IMG/VR virus record: IMGVR_UViG_3300021405_000011
Reading direction: 5' to 3' (one strand)
Length of the DNA stretch: 64,000 nt
Source: an uncultured virus (IMG/VR IMGVR_UViG_3300021405_000011)
Lineage: Duplodnaviria > Heunggongvirae > Uroviricota > Caudoviricetes
The notes below the pieces were generated by a model. The model had not been told where the DNA came from. It did not search any database and was given only the letters and a program-made list of their open reading frames with translations. Shown piece by piece: positions 9,719 to 19,277 of this stretch (its first letter is position 1; each line of letters opens with the position of its first letter). The position numbers were made by a program, and so were the translations under genes.

Positions 9719-10316
9719 AAATAATCTCCGTAACTACGACGCGGCTCTCTCCCTACGCTGGGGTCCCACGGTCAAGTGCTGGTGTATCGAGCGGAAGTGT
9801 AACGTGCCACCGGAACTGGTGGCTACCCTAGCTGATGGTAAAACTAAGGCCCTCAATCTTATCCACCGTCCCGAACTAAGCGAATCCCAACGCTACATGC
9901 TACAGAAAGCGTGTGAGGAAAGCTATAGTGCCAACCACAGTAAACGTGTGGTTATCTATACCAAGCAACTGGATAATCGTGTGTTTGACGCACTCAAGTT
10001 AACCGACCTCCAGGCCACTGGTAACCTTCAACACGCCGTCGAACGCTCGAAACGCATCTCCGCCAAGAAGAAAAAGGATAGGTATGAAGCCTATGAGCCA
10101 CTTGGGAAGGAAGTAGTGGACATCATGGGATGGGCTAACCGTAAACACTCGACCGAGGTAGACCACGGTAAGGCTCCTAAACTGGTAGCGGAAGCGTTTC
10201 ATAAAGAAGCTCCCGTAGGGACACGTAAATATTCTATTGGACCTCCCATGCCACCACCTTTACCTTCTCTACTTGACCAATTTGGTAAGCCTATGGTGAC
10301 GAATGGCCAACCCTAA
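9699..10316 (+). CDS. Hypothetical virion-assembly-region protein
   Basis: 205 aa ORF with RBS, overlapping both neighbours. Confidence 0.6.
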   Translation: MLPELFENNLRNYDAALSLRWGPTVKCWCIERKCNVPPELVATLADGKTKALNLIHRPELSESQRYMLQKACEESYSANHSKRVVIYTKQLDNRVFDALKLTDLQATGNLQHAVERSKRISAKKKKDRYEAYEPLGKEVVDIMGWANRKHSTEVDHGKAPKLVAEAFHKEAPVGTRKYSIGPPMPPPLPSLLDQFGKPMVTNGQP

Positions 10317-11019
10317 GCTGTCGGGACAAGATTTAATTGATGAACTCCGTATTGCTCTAGGTGGTCTAAGTAACGCCTTCACTCCTGACCAGTATCTCTA
10401 CTTTATTAATCTAGGCGTCAGCGAAACGTGGGGGGTCATACGTGTGTTGGATTTGGACTACTTCGCTGACAGTTCCCAAGACACCGACGCGACCCAAGAT
10501 GATTACATGATTGACCTCTCCACTACGGTAAGGGAATACAACCTTCCCCTCAACTGTAGGGAGATTAGAGCCATTGAGTGTATTTCCCCTAGTTACACCG
10601 ACCGCGTATTTCAATACCGCAAGTTTGATGACCCTGAGTTTATGACCGCCAGACGAGAAGCTACTGGATTAGGCAGTCCCGGTGTGGGTGGCATCTCCAC
10701 TGGCCAAGGTTGTTATTACTACACCATCTTCGGCGTCCAGTTTATGTTAGCCCAGTTCCCTGAGGACGTACTCAAGTTAAAGATATGGTACATCAAATCC
10801 ATCGACGAGGTGACCATTGATACCTTTCCTGAGATATTGTTTCCATTTAATAAGAAGATAGTCGATTACGCGGCTAAGAAGGCCATCCTCTCCACTCGTA
10901 ATCTCGATATGGCCCAAGGATGGAAAAACGAATGGATGGATTCCGTGAGGATGTTGGCGATGACCGTGGGGGCCAGAGAGAGTACGGGAGCCAGTTATAT
11001 TTACGATTTTTTGGGATGA
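10303..11019 (+). CDS. Head-tail adaptor protein
   Basis: Helical N-terminus, YNLP..C.EIR, Y-rich beta domain, IVDYAA C-terminal helix, upstream of nozzle. Confidence 0.7.
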   Translation: MANPKLSGQDLIDELRIALGGLSNAFTPDQYLYFINLGVSETWGVIRVLDLDYFADSSQDTDATQDDYMIDLSTTVREYNLPLNCREIRAIECISPSYTDRVFQYRKFDDPEFMTARREATGLGSPGVGGISTGQGCYYYTIFGVQFMLAQFPEDVLKLKIWYIKSIDEVTIDTFPEILFPFNKKIVDYAAKKAILSTRNLDMAQGWKNEWMDSVRMLAMTVGARESTGASYIYDFLG

Positions 11020-11030
11020 CAGGATGAGGG

Positions 11031-13364
11031 ATGCCAGCACCAAATTCTATTGTAAAACGCTACTCACTTACAGGCGGCCAAAATATCTACAGTTCTCCTG
11101 CCAGTGTAAATGAAAACGACGCCCGCAAGCTCCAATCCCTCATTCCCTCATTAGCTGGCTACCTCGAACGCGAACGCCCCACCGTCCCCTTCACTGCCGA
11201 CGCTCCCTTTGCCTCCCGTATCGCTTTCTTCCATCAGTTCAAGCGTAATAATAATGGAATAATTGTCACCTACCAATTCTGCGCTACCGCTACCGAGTTG
11301 TATCTGTTAACCGGCGCTTTCCCTACTCAAATATGGCAACCCGTCCTTACTCTCCAAGGCTTCCCTGTCGCCGTCAACATCAACAACACCATGCATATCA
11401 GTGATGGTATAAATAGCTGGATATATGACGGATTGGGATTCAATATAGATGGCCTCGCTATCCCCTTCAACCCTCCTCATTTCGCCGTCATTGCTCCTGT
11501 TGGCCTAACTATCGCTGCTTCCCCCACCGGTGCCGTACGTGTGAACGGTGTGGTGACTATCACCACTACTACTCCTCATGGTCTATTCGCCGGTCAAGTG
11601 GCCGTGGTCGCCGCTGTCACCGACCCCACCTTCGATTCCATTGTAACTATCCTAACTGTCCCCTCTCCTACTACCTTCACCTACAAACTTGTCGCTCCCT
11701 TCCCCGATTCCGCCAGTGGAGCCGGTACCGTCAACGCCACAGGTGTCACCATCCTCTCCAATCGCTACTATTGGACCACTTATTCCGACCAATCGCTCAC
11801 GCATCCCCATGAATCCTCGTCCTCTCCCATCTCCCTCGGCACCGGCCCGCAAACTAACATGCAATTTCAGGTCTTCGTGATGCCGGGGACCTTAACCGTC
11901 GCTCTTGGCAACGCCGCTGTCGTGGGCGTGGGGACCAATTTCGACCAGAGGGACATCGGAAAGGCCCTATGGGTCCCAGGAGGCGGTAGAGCTGGAATTA
12001 TTCTAAGTGTCCAAGATGCCCAACATCTTACCCTCGCTGCCGGTTCCCTCTATTCCGCAGTTGGACCCTACAATATCGCCCCAATTCGCGCCACGCACTG
12101 GAATCTCTACGCTTCCTCGTCGGAAGAGGATAAAGTCGGGAACTATCTTGCTTCCATTCCTATAAATTTCTTCTATTACTTCGATTTCTCCCCCATGGAC
12201 GGCACTGTAGGTAGCTACTTCAGAAATGTCCAGCGTCCCTTGCTCAACGACCCTCCTTTACCCTCGCCAATCATGGAAGTCTACCAAAATAGGATATGGA
12301 GAGTGGTACCTAAGTTCCCTAATTTTTTCTCCTATACAGGTAACGAGGAAATATTAGCCGAACAAGCCGGTACGCCATCAGAATGCGTTCCCGGAGACGA
12401 CCCCAACACTGTCTCCCCTGGCCAAATCAACGAAACCAGTTACCCCGACCAATCTTCCACTATTACCAGCATGAAAGCCCACGGTGCGGCGTTATTCATA
12501 GGTACAGAACTAAATGTTATCCCCTTATATGGTGAATCCCTAGCTGATTTCCAATTATCCAACAGCCAAGCGTTTGCTGTCGGGTTCGCCGGACGTAAAC
12601 TAAGTGTATCCACCCCCTTTGGCCTCGCTTTCGTCTCCTACGACACCAAAGTTTACCTCTATCCTTCTCAATATTCCTTTGGAGTGGACTCCACCACCGC
12701 TTTAGTCGAGTTAGGCCGTCCCATGCGGCCTGAATTCGAGAATATCGACGGTTCCGACTATCAAAATGCCTCCCTAACCTTCTATAATTGGGGTCGTCGT
12801 AATTGGCTCGTCCTAAATTACCGTCGAACCGACCTAACCTTCGCCACTTGGGTCTTCGACTTCGAGACTAAAGGTTGGTTCCAACTCCAACAGGGATATA
12901 CAGCCGTATACGTCTTCGAGATGACTCTCGGGCGTCGTTCCCTTGTCGCCGCCACCACCGACAACCACATAGTAGTGATAGACGACCGTACAGGTAACTA
13001 TCCCATCCCCGTCAACACGAATTATCCAGTTGGCTACTTCCACGTCCTCCTCGACTTTGGTGACCCTAACGCTTCCTTCATCATCCACTCCGTCGAATAC
13101 GAGAAATCCGACCAAAATATGGAAGTGGACGTGACCATCTGGCTGGACCCCATTAATCCAGAGAATCCCGGCGTTGGTATCCCAGTTATAATGTCCGAGA
13201 CCACCCTTGGTGCCAACACCAGTCTAGGACGCCCCAACTCCGACACCGGGGCTTCCTGCCAGCGTATGTTAATTGAGTTCGCCGTGGCTGCGGGTCCCAT
13301 AGCCGGTACTCTCCATGGCTTCACCGTCGAAGCCGAGAAGATGATTGTGGAGCCTGTACTCTAG
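11031..13364 (+). CDS. Tail nozzle / DNA-stabilisation protein (P22 gp10-like beta-propeller)
   Basis: 777 aa, aromatic beta-rich, TWVFDFETKGW motif, inserted TITTTTPHGL..G.V domain. Confidence 0.7.
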   Translation: MPAPNSIVKRYSLTGGQNIYSSPASVNENDARKLQSLIPSLAGYLERERPTVPFTADAPFASRIAFFHQFKRNNNGIIVTYQFCATATELYLLTGAFPTQIWQPVLTLQGFPVAVNINNTMHISDGINSWIYDGLGFNIDGLAIPFNPPHFAVIAPVGLTIAASPTGAVRVNGVVTITTTTPHGLFAGQVAVVAAVTDPTFDSIVTILTVPSPTTFTYKLVAPFPDSASGAGTVNATGVTILSNRYYWTTYSDQSLTHPHESSSSPISLGTGPQTNMQFQVFVMPGTLTVALGNAAVVGVGTNFDQRDIGKALWVPGGGRAGIILSVQDAQHLTLAAGSLYSAVGPYNIAPIRATHWNLYASSSEEDKVGNYLASIPINFFYYFDFSPMDGTVGSYFRNVQRPLLNDPPLPSPIMEVYQNRIWRVVPKFPNFFSYTGNEEILAEQAGTPSECVPGDDPNTVSPGQINETSYPDQSSTITSMKAHGAALFIGTELNVIPLYGESLADFQLSNSQAFAVGFAGRKLSVSTPFGLAFVSYDTKVYLYPSQYSFGVDSTTALVELGRPMRPEFENIDGSDYQNASLTFYNWGRRNWLVLNYRRTDLTFATWVFDFETKGWFQLQQGYTAVYVFEMTLGRRSLVAATTDNHIVVIDDRTGNYPIPVNTNYPVGYFHVLLDFGDPNASFIIHSVEYEKSDQNMEVDVTIWLDPINPENPGVGIPVIMSETTLGANTSLGRPNSDTGASCQRMLIEFAVAAGPIAGTLHGFTVEAEKMIVEPVL

Positions 13365-13373
13365 GAATGGAAA

Positions 13374-13877
13374 ATGAACACTCTTCCACAGATAAATAGT
13401 TTAGAGGAGCTATTACCTGCCCTAAAGATTTGGCAACAGACCCTCAATCCCGTCATCTCCACTCCCCCTATCCCCCGTTCCCCCTTCAACTTCCACGCCA
13501 CTGGAGGAGCCGCTGGTGCCATAGGTATCACCCTCAACTGGGAACAAGTCTCCGGAGCCGATGGATACCAAATTCAATCTTCTACTACTGGTGATTTCTC
13601 TACTGCACCTATCGTTGCCACTCTCTCTTCCATCTCCGCTACCAGTTTCTTTGACAACACGGTGGTTACGGGAGTCAAGAAATATTACCGTATACGTTCC
13701 ACCTCCGGCACTCTCAGTAACCCCCAATCCGTCCAAGGTGTCTGGACTTCCCCTATCTCCGCTAGTTCAGGCAGTGGGACAACCGTATACGACCAAGTAA
13801 GTAACTCTAGCGGGACAAATGGATGGAACAATAACGTGAATGCTGGATTCGGCAGTAGGAGTCACATCTTTAAGTAA
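13374..13877 (+). CDS. Fibronectin type III domain virion protein
   Basis: ITLNW..V.GA.GY.I.S ... F.D ... YYRIRS pattern. Confidence 0.7.
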   Translation: MNTLPQINSLEELLPALKIWQQTLNPVISTPPIPRSPFNFHATGGAAGAIGITLNWEQVSGADGYQIQSSTTGDFSTAPIVATLSSISATSFFDNTVVTGVKKYYRIRSTSGTLSNPQSVQGVWTSPISASSGSGTTVYDQVSNSSGTNGWNNNVNAGFGSRSHIFK

Positions 13878-13887
13878 AGGAGTATAA

Positions 13888-14304
13888 GTGTTCTCCACCC
13901 AAATAACTCCCCCCAGTGACACCGATATCATCCAACTGGAGAAATGGCGAAAGGAGTTTGCTACCGCTGACCTAGAGCTGCCTGAGAACTATGTCAGCGA
14001 TGGAGTGGCTACCGCTGTCGCCAAAACGAAGGAAGGTAAGTTAATTGGCTCCCTCACGGCGTCCATTATATTAGCCGTTTCTCTGGACCCACTTATCAGA
14101 AATCCCGACAGTGGCCGCACTGAGACACTCGCTGGTCTATTTGCGCTCACCCGTGCTCTGGAGTATCAGGCGGCATTGAATGGGGCAGCGGCATCCTTCA
14201 TCGCCGTACCTAATCTGCTGCCAAACTATCAAGAGTTGGTCGTCAAATGTGGATTCGAGCCCACAGCCCAACACTGTTCCTTGTACCGTCATAGTTTCAG
14301 ATGA
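13888..14304 (+). CDS. GNAT-fold-like protein
   Basis: EGKLIG and LV.KCGF motifs. This position before ejection genes is common in podoviruses. Confidence 0.45.
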   Translation: MFSTQITPPSDTDIIQLEKWRKEFATADLELPENYVSDGVATAVAKTKEGKLIGSLTASIILAVSLDPLIRNPDSGRTETLAGLFALTRALEYQAALNGAAASFIAVPNLLPNYQELVVKCGFEPTAQHCSLYRHSFR

Positions 14305-14340
14305 CGATTTTTAACATGGTAGAATTAACTGGAGTTCCCA

Positions 14341-15276
14341 ATGGGCAAACTAGTTGAATGGAAATTAGTGGATAGTGGCTTCCTGATGGAAAGGGAGGAA
14401 TGGGAAGGCCGTGGATATAAGCACAAAAAAGGCCGGGGTCAAGTGGAGCAGAACATGGCCGACGCTGGGGCCGCTGCCAAGCAACAAAACGCCAACTCCC
14501 AAGCTCAATATCAGTCCGCCGCCGATGCCAATGCCAAAAATTTGGCCGACTCGCAGCCAGGTTCCCTCACTCCCGCCGCCCAAGCCCAACTAGCCTCCGA
14601 TAAAAATAATATTGCTAACACGTATAACGGGATTAGACAGACAGCTTTCCAGACTCTCGGTCAACGAGGTATGGGCAGCGCACCGTCAGGTTTCGGGGCC
14701 ACTGCCGAGAACGCAGTTGACTTAGGTGAGGCCAACGCTGGAACAGCCGCTTATCGCAACGCACAAGTGAACACTCAGAATGAACAGAACTTTGGCACTC
14801 AGGAAGCCGGGTTATTGAGTGGACAACAAGGTAACTTAGGCATTGGTAACATTGGGCAGTCCACCACTGCTGCTATGGACCGCAGTCAGATGGGTTCCAC
14901 TTTAGGTGACATCGGACAGGGGTTATCCACCGCTGCTGGTATCGCTGGGGCCGCTTTCGGAATGGCCAACCCCGGTAGTAGTTCCCCCTTCAGTGGTGGT
15001 TCCCCTCAAATAGCCGCCGCCGGTCTCGGTCCCACGCCCGGTGGCCCCAATGCCACTCCTTCCACAGCCCCATCCGGCAGCACACTCACTCCCCCTTCCG
15101 TTACTCCCGACGCCGCAGCGGCCCCAGCTTTCTTGCCATCCACTCCCGCTCCCACATCCCAAGCTACCATGTCCAGCATGGCCGGTCTCGGAGCCGCACA
15201 GGCCAACGCGGCGGCTAATCCATTCTCCAATATCGGCAAAACTAAAGGTGGTCAAGTCGGGAGTTACGGTGGATAA
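14341..15276 (+). CDS. Putative ejection/internal virion protein 1
   Basis: A/Q/G/N-rich low complexity, follows the tail genes. Confidence 0.6.
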   Translation: MGKLVEWKLVDSGFLMEREEWEGRGYKHKKGRGQVEQNMADAGAAAKQQNANSQAQYQSAADANAKNLADSQPGSLTPAAQAQLASDKNNIANTYNGIRQTAFQTLGQRGMGSAPSGFGATAENAVDLGEANAGTAAYRNAQVNTQNEQNFGTQEAGLLSGQQGNLGIGNIGQSTTAAMDRSQMGSTLGDIGQGLSTAAGIAGAAFGMANPGSSSPFSGGSPQIAAAGLGPTPGGPNATPSTAPSGSTLTPPSVTPDAAAAPAFLPSTPAPTSQATMSSMAGLGAAQANAAANPFSNIGKTKGGQVGSYGG

Positions 15277-15278
15277 CG

Positions 15279-16982
15279 ATGAGCAACTCACCCGGATTCA
15301 ATCCACAACCGACCCAGCAAGGGAGCCAACAGGGTCCTCCTCCAACTCCCTCTCCAAATACTTCCCAACAGAGTGATAGTAGTGGAGGTGGTAGCCAGAA
15401 GAAAGGTTTTTTCCAAAATATCGGTTCCTTCCTTAGACAAAATAGTGGAGCTATAGCTGATATAGGTAACCAGTTGGCGGCTGCCGGTGGCAACTACCGT
15501 CCCATGATGCTGGCCCATCAGGATAAAGAGTTACGTCTCCAACAGGACGCCCAAGCCACCCGCGCTCAACTGGCCCAATCGGAGATGCAGAATCAGGCGC
15601 TCACTCGTCAATTGACCCAGAAACAACTAGACAACTACCGCACTCCCGAACAAATTGCCGCTGCCAATGTCACTCAAGCCGGTGCTCTTGAGGATGTCAA
15701 GAACCTCCACGGTCCCGAAAAGGATACCGCCGTTCCTCTTGGACCGGGTGAGGGATACGGCTACATGCAAGACGTGTATGACCCATCCACAGGACAACGT
15801 GTAACGCGTCCGAAGATGGTGACGAATCAAGTTCCTAATCCAGCTATCGGAGCCCAGACAGCTCAAGCCGGAACCATCTCCGGTATGCGTTCGGACGCCC
15901 AACCTCCCACAACTGTCCCCGGAGGCCAAGGTCCCGTTGCTCCTCTTGGTCCATTATCTACTCCCTCCCCCGCAGCCTCGGCTCCTCCACCTATCATGCC
16001 CCCACTCCCGCCCACAGTCCCCCAACAATCCCAAATGATGGCGTCACCAAAAGGCTCCAACTCTCCCCACATTGAACGCACCACAGGTAACTCTTCTACC
16101 GGTTGGGATTATGTGTGGAGAAATCAAATGGGCATGGAGAGTGGTCGTGCTGGAGAGGCCCCCGCGCCATCTCAATATGTAGGCAGTGAAACTTCGGGTC
16201 AAAATACTTCCCTAAAGGATACCCCCGAAGGCCAAGTTCCAGTATCCCTACCTCATAGTTCCACAAAGACGCCAATATTTCCCGGTGGTCCTAATTCACA
16301 GGTACCTCCTGTAAATCCTCCTATTCCTGGAACCGGTAATGCAGGAGCAGCCCGAACAGCAGCGCCTCAAGCTCCCGGAGCCACTCCTCCCCGTGCTAAT
16401 CTAGGAGTAAAAACAGGTTCGCCAGTTCTCAATAGTTCCAAGGAGACCGAATGGGTAAGTTGGCAGGATAAGGATGGCCGGACGGTCGCAGGTCCCGCAT
16501 CCATGGCTGCCCAAGCTGGCGGCAAGAATCCCGCCAAGGTTCCCGCTCAAGAGGTACGTGATATCACCAACGCTCGTCATGCTGTAACTCTGATGACTAA
16601 AGTAGGCGACCCTAGTAAGCCCGAGACACAAGGTACTTTACAGTTAATAGACTCCTTGGATAAGGACGGTAAGTTGGGTATATTGGCCTCCCGTTGGAAC
16701 TCCTTTATGACCACCGGTGTCGGCTCGCAACTGGGTGACGACCCACGTATTACTACCTTACTGGACAAGAATATGCTCGCCGATACCGCCACCATGCTGG
16801 CCCACTTTGGAGCCTCCGGTGGCCGTTCCCCTCTCATGCTCCAACACTTTCTTGACTTAGCGAATGCCGGGAAAATGGATGGTCACACTTTGAAAGCGGG
16901 TACCAAGGCTATCGCTGACTATATGACTGATAGGGCTCAGATACCTAGCGGCCAATCAGGAAGTACGTTTCAACACTTTTAA
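15279..16982 (+). CDS. Putative ejection/internal virion protein 2
   Basis: P/Q-rich with coiled-coil and helical C-terminal domain. Confidence 0.6.
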   Translation: MSNSPGFNPQPTQQGSQQGPPPTPSPNTSQQSDSSGGGSQKKGFFQNIGSFLRQNSGAIADIGNQLAAAGGNYRPMMLAHQDKELRLQQDAQATRAQLAQSEMQNQALTRQLTQKQLDNYRTPEQIAAANVTQAGALEDVKNLHGPEKDTAVPLGPGEGYGYMQDVYDPSTGQRVTRPKMVTNQVPNPAIGAQTAQAGTISGMRSDAQPPTTVPGGQGPVAPLGPLSTPSPAASAPPPIMPPLPPTVPQQSQMMASPKGSNSPHIERTTGNSSTGWDYVWRNQMGMESGRAGEAPAPSQYVGSETSGQNTSLKDTPEGQVPVSLPHSSTKTPIFPGGPNSQVPPVNPPIPGTGNAGAARTAAPQAPGATPPRANLGVKTGSPVLNSSKETEWVSWQDKDGRTVAGPASMAAQAGGKNPAKVPAQEVRDITNARHAVTLMTKVGDPSKPETQGTLQLIDSLDKDGKLGILASRWNSFMTTGVGSQLGDDPRITTLLDKNMLADTATMLAHFGASGGRSPLMLQHFLDLANAGKMDGHTLKAGTKAIADYMTDRAQIPSGQSGSTFQHF

Positions 16983-16988
16983 TTCTAA

Positions 16989-19277
16989 ATGGCCAACGAC
17001 TCCACCACCGGAATAGAGTTCCAGTCCCCGACCACTGGCGCTCGACAGAACGTCGCTCCCGAGAATTGGGAGGAGGCACTGAACCACGGCTACAAGCCTA
17101 CGCAACACGTAGTCATGTACGACAAGAACGGTAACCGTGGGATGGTCTCTAAGGCAGAGATGGCTGATTATGCGAGACAGGGATATCAGACGACTCCCAA
17201 GACGCAATTTGAGAAGAATATAACTGAAGGCCCTCGTGGAGTGTGGAATGCTCTAAAGGGTATGGTTCCTCCGGACCCCACAGAGGGACGTTCTCCACTA
17301 GACCCTAAATTTTGGCTGAATACAGATAAGACAAAGTTTGACCCTACCGGCCCCGGTACAGCCTACCACGACTTAACGCGTCCCCTCCCTCCCGACCTTC
17401 CCGGAGTCACCACGAGAGGAGGCAGTCCCACTCGTCAGGCTCTTTATCGTGGTGCTGCTGTTCTGGCTCCCTTAGCTGGAGGTAGTGCTGAAGGTATGGA
17501 AGATGCCGCTGCTAGAGGGGATACCTCTGGTGTCGCCACCCAAGCCGCCGTCCCCATTGCCACGGCCATCGGAGCCCCTTTTGTCAAAGCGGGTGTCAAC
17601 TATGGGATGGGCAAGTTACGTAGTGCACTGGCTCCTCCCATCGAAGGTGAAACTGGCCAAAACGCCATCGCTCAACAAGCTCTCAAACCCAAGCCCAAAG
17701 GTGCCCAACAATTTCAACGCGATATGAATCAGGGCGGACGGGCGTATCTCCAAGGTGCCGAGTCCCAAGCCGACTTACAGGCTAAAATTAAAGGAGCCAA
17801 GACGGAGATTTGGGACCCATATAATAAGGGACTAGAAAAGTTTGGCGAAGAGAGGACTGTTGGACCTGACGGTAAGCCCACTACTTACAGTAAACTCGAA
17901 GCTCGTCGTCTGGAACTCTCCGCTCAACTCCAGAAAGTTCGTTCCAAGGACCCCGCTACTCTCCAAACTCTTATCCAAGAAGGGAAGACCCCAGCCGACC
18001 TTATGGCGGAGGAGAAAGCTGTCACCGCTCCACTAGATGAACGCTTCCGTCAGGAGGGTATTAATCCTGATGCCATTCGGAACACGATGGGAGCTGTGAA
18101 GGGGATTGATAGACTGACATCTGGACGTAACACTCTCTCTGAACCCTCCCAACGATATGGATTAGGAACCATAGCCAAAAAGTTTGATGTAACCAAACCT
18201 GGCCAAATTCTCCCCGCTGTTGGCGAGGGAATTAAAGACATGGCTCAGGGTAAACCTGTTTGGAGCGGCAAGCCAACAGATGTAAATATCAAACAGGGAT
18301 TCCAAACTGGAGCCGATAAGCCATCTTTCCGTACCACCCTATCCCCCAAACCTCTTGGCCCCGAACCTAATCCCGCTAGACCATTTACCCCTCCCGGTCC
18401 CGCTGAACAAGTTCCCACCACCGGTCCCGGCAATAATCCAGCCGTCTTTCCAGATATTCCTTCTGGCCAGAATCCCTCCGTCCCCCACGCTGGAGGTGAA
18501 ATTCCCAACTGGCCTCCCAAGGTCCCCGACTGGAGTTCAACACGTAACCCTCCCCCCATCCCCGACGCCAATTCCACCATCCCCACTCCCAATCCTTACG
18601 GTCCTCCCTCCACTTCCGGTCCCCCTCCCATGCCCGGTGGATTAACCGACCAACAAGTAGGCCGCCTTCCTACAGCCCTCCGTAGCACTCTCTCTCAACC
18701 AGTCCCCCGTCCCGGTTCCTATTCCCCCGGTGCCCGTGCTGAAGTAACTCCCCAAGGCGGTCCCTTACCCACCTCCACTCCTCCCACCACCCCATCACTT
18801 TCCTCCGGTCCTTCCCCCCAACCTGATATACCATCAAAAGGGGCACCTCTTTCCACGGTGTCTCAGACACCAGCCGGTTCCACTCCGGCAAATACCGGGA
18901 ATGTGCCTCCGCCTACTATGCCCCCTGTTCCGGCTAGTTTCCGGACGGGTACTGGTATAGGAGTCACGGAGCCCACAGGTATTCAGACCGGAACTGGTAG
19001 TGGCGGCAACACTCGTGCTCCCTCCGGCTCCCCCACCCTCGAACGAGCCCTAGGAACAATGGACCAACAGTTGAAACCATACACTCAACGTTTAGGCGAA
19101 CAGCGTGTATCATTTCAGAAGGTCCTAGATGACCCGGCTGCTACTGCTGTTGATAAGACCAACGCCGAAATACAGATGAGAAAACTAGGTGGACAACGAG
19201 TGAAAGATATAGGTCCACCTGCGGGGACTGCGGACCAAAGAGTACCGCCTATTGGCCCATTGCCGGTGACGCCATGA
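16989..19277 (+). CDS. Putative ejection/internal virion protein 3
   Basis: N-terminal duplicated ~28 aa motif ending in GY, Ala/Gly hydrophobic segment, long Pro-rich tail. Confidence 0.6.
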   Translation: MANDSTTGIEFQSPTTGARQNVAPENWEEALNHGYKPTQHVVMYDKNGNRGMVSKAEMADYARQGYQTTPKTQFEKNITEGPRGVWNALKGMVPPDPTEGRSPLDPKFWLNTDKTKFDPTGPGTAYHDLTRPLPPDLPGVTTRGGSPTRQALYRGAAVLAPLAGGSAEGMEDAAARGDTSGVATQAAVPIATAIGAPFVKAGVNYGMGKLRSALAPPIEGETGQNAIAQQALKPKPKGAQQFQRDMNQGGRAYLQGAESQADLQAKIKGAKTEIWDPYNKGLEKFGEERTVGPDGKPTTYSKLEARRLELSAQLQKVRSKDPATLQTLIQEGKTPADLMAEEKAVTAPLDERFRQEGINPDAIRNTMGAVKGIDRLTSGRNTLSEPSQRYGLGTIAKKFDVTKPGQILPAVGEGIKDMAQGKPVWSGKPTDVNIKQGFQTGADKPSFRTTLSPKPLGPEPNPARPFTPPGPAEQVPTTGPGNNPAVFPDIPSGQNPSVPHAGGEIPNWPPKVPDWSSTRNPPPIPDANSTIPTPNPYGPPSTSGPPPMPGGLTDQQVGRLPTALRSTLSQPVPRPGSYSPGARAEVTPQGGPLPTSTPPTTPSLSSGPSPQPDIPSKGAPLSTVSQTPAGSTPANTGNVPPPTMPPVPASFRTGTGIGVTEPTGIQTGTGSGGNTRAPSGSPTLERALGTMDQQLKPYTQRLGEQRVSFQKVLDDPAATAVDKTNAEIQMRKLGGQRVKDIGPPAGTADQRVPPIGPLPVTP

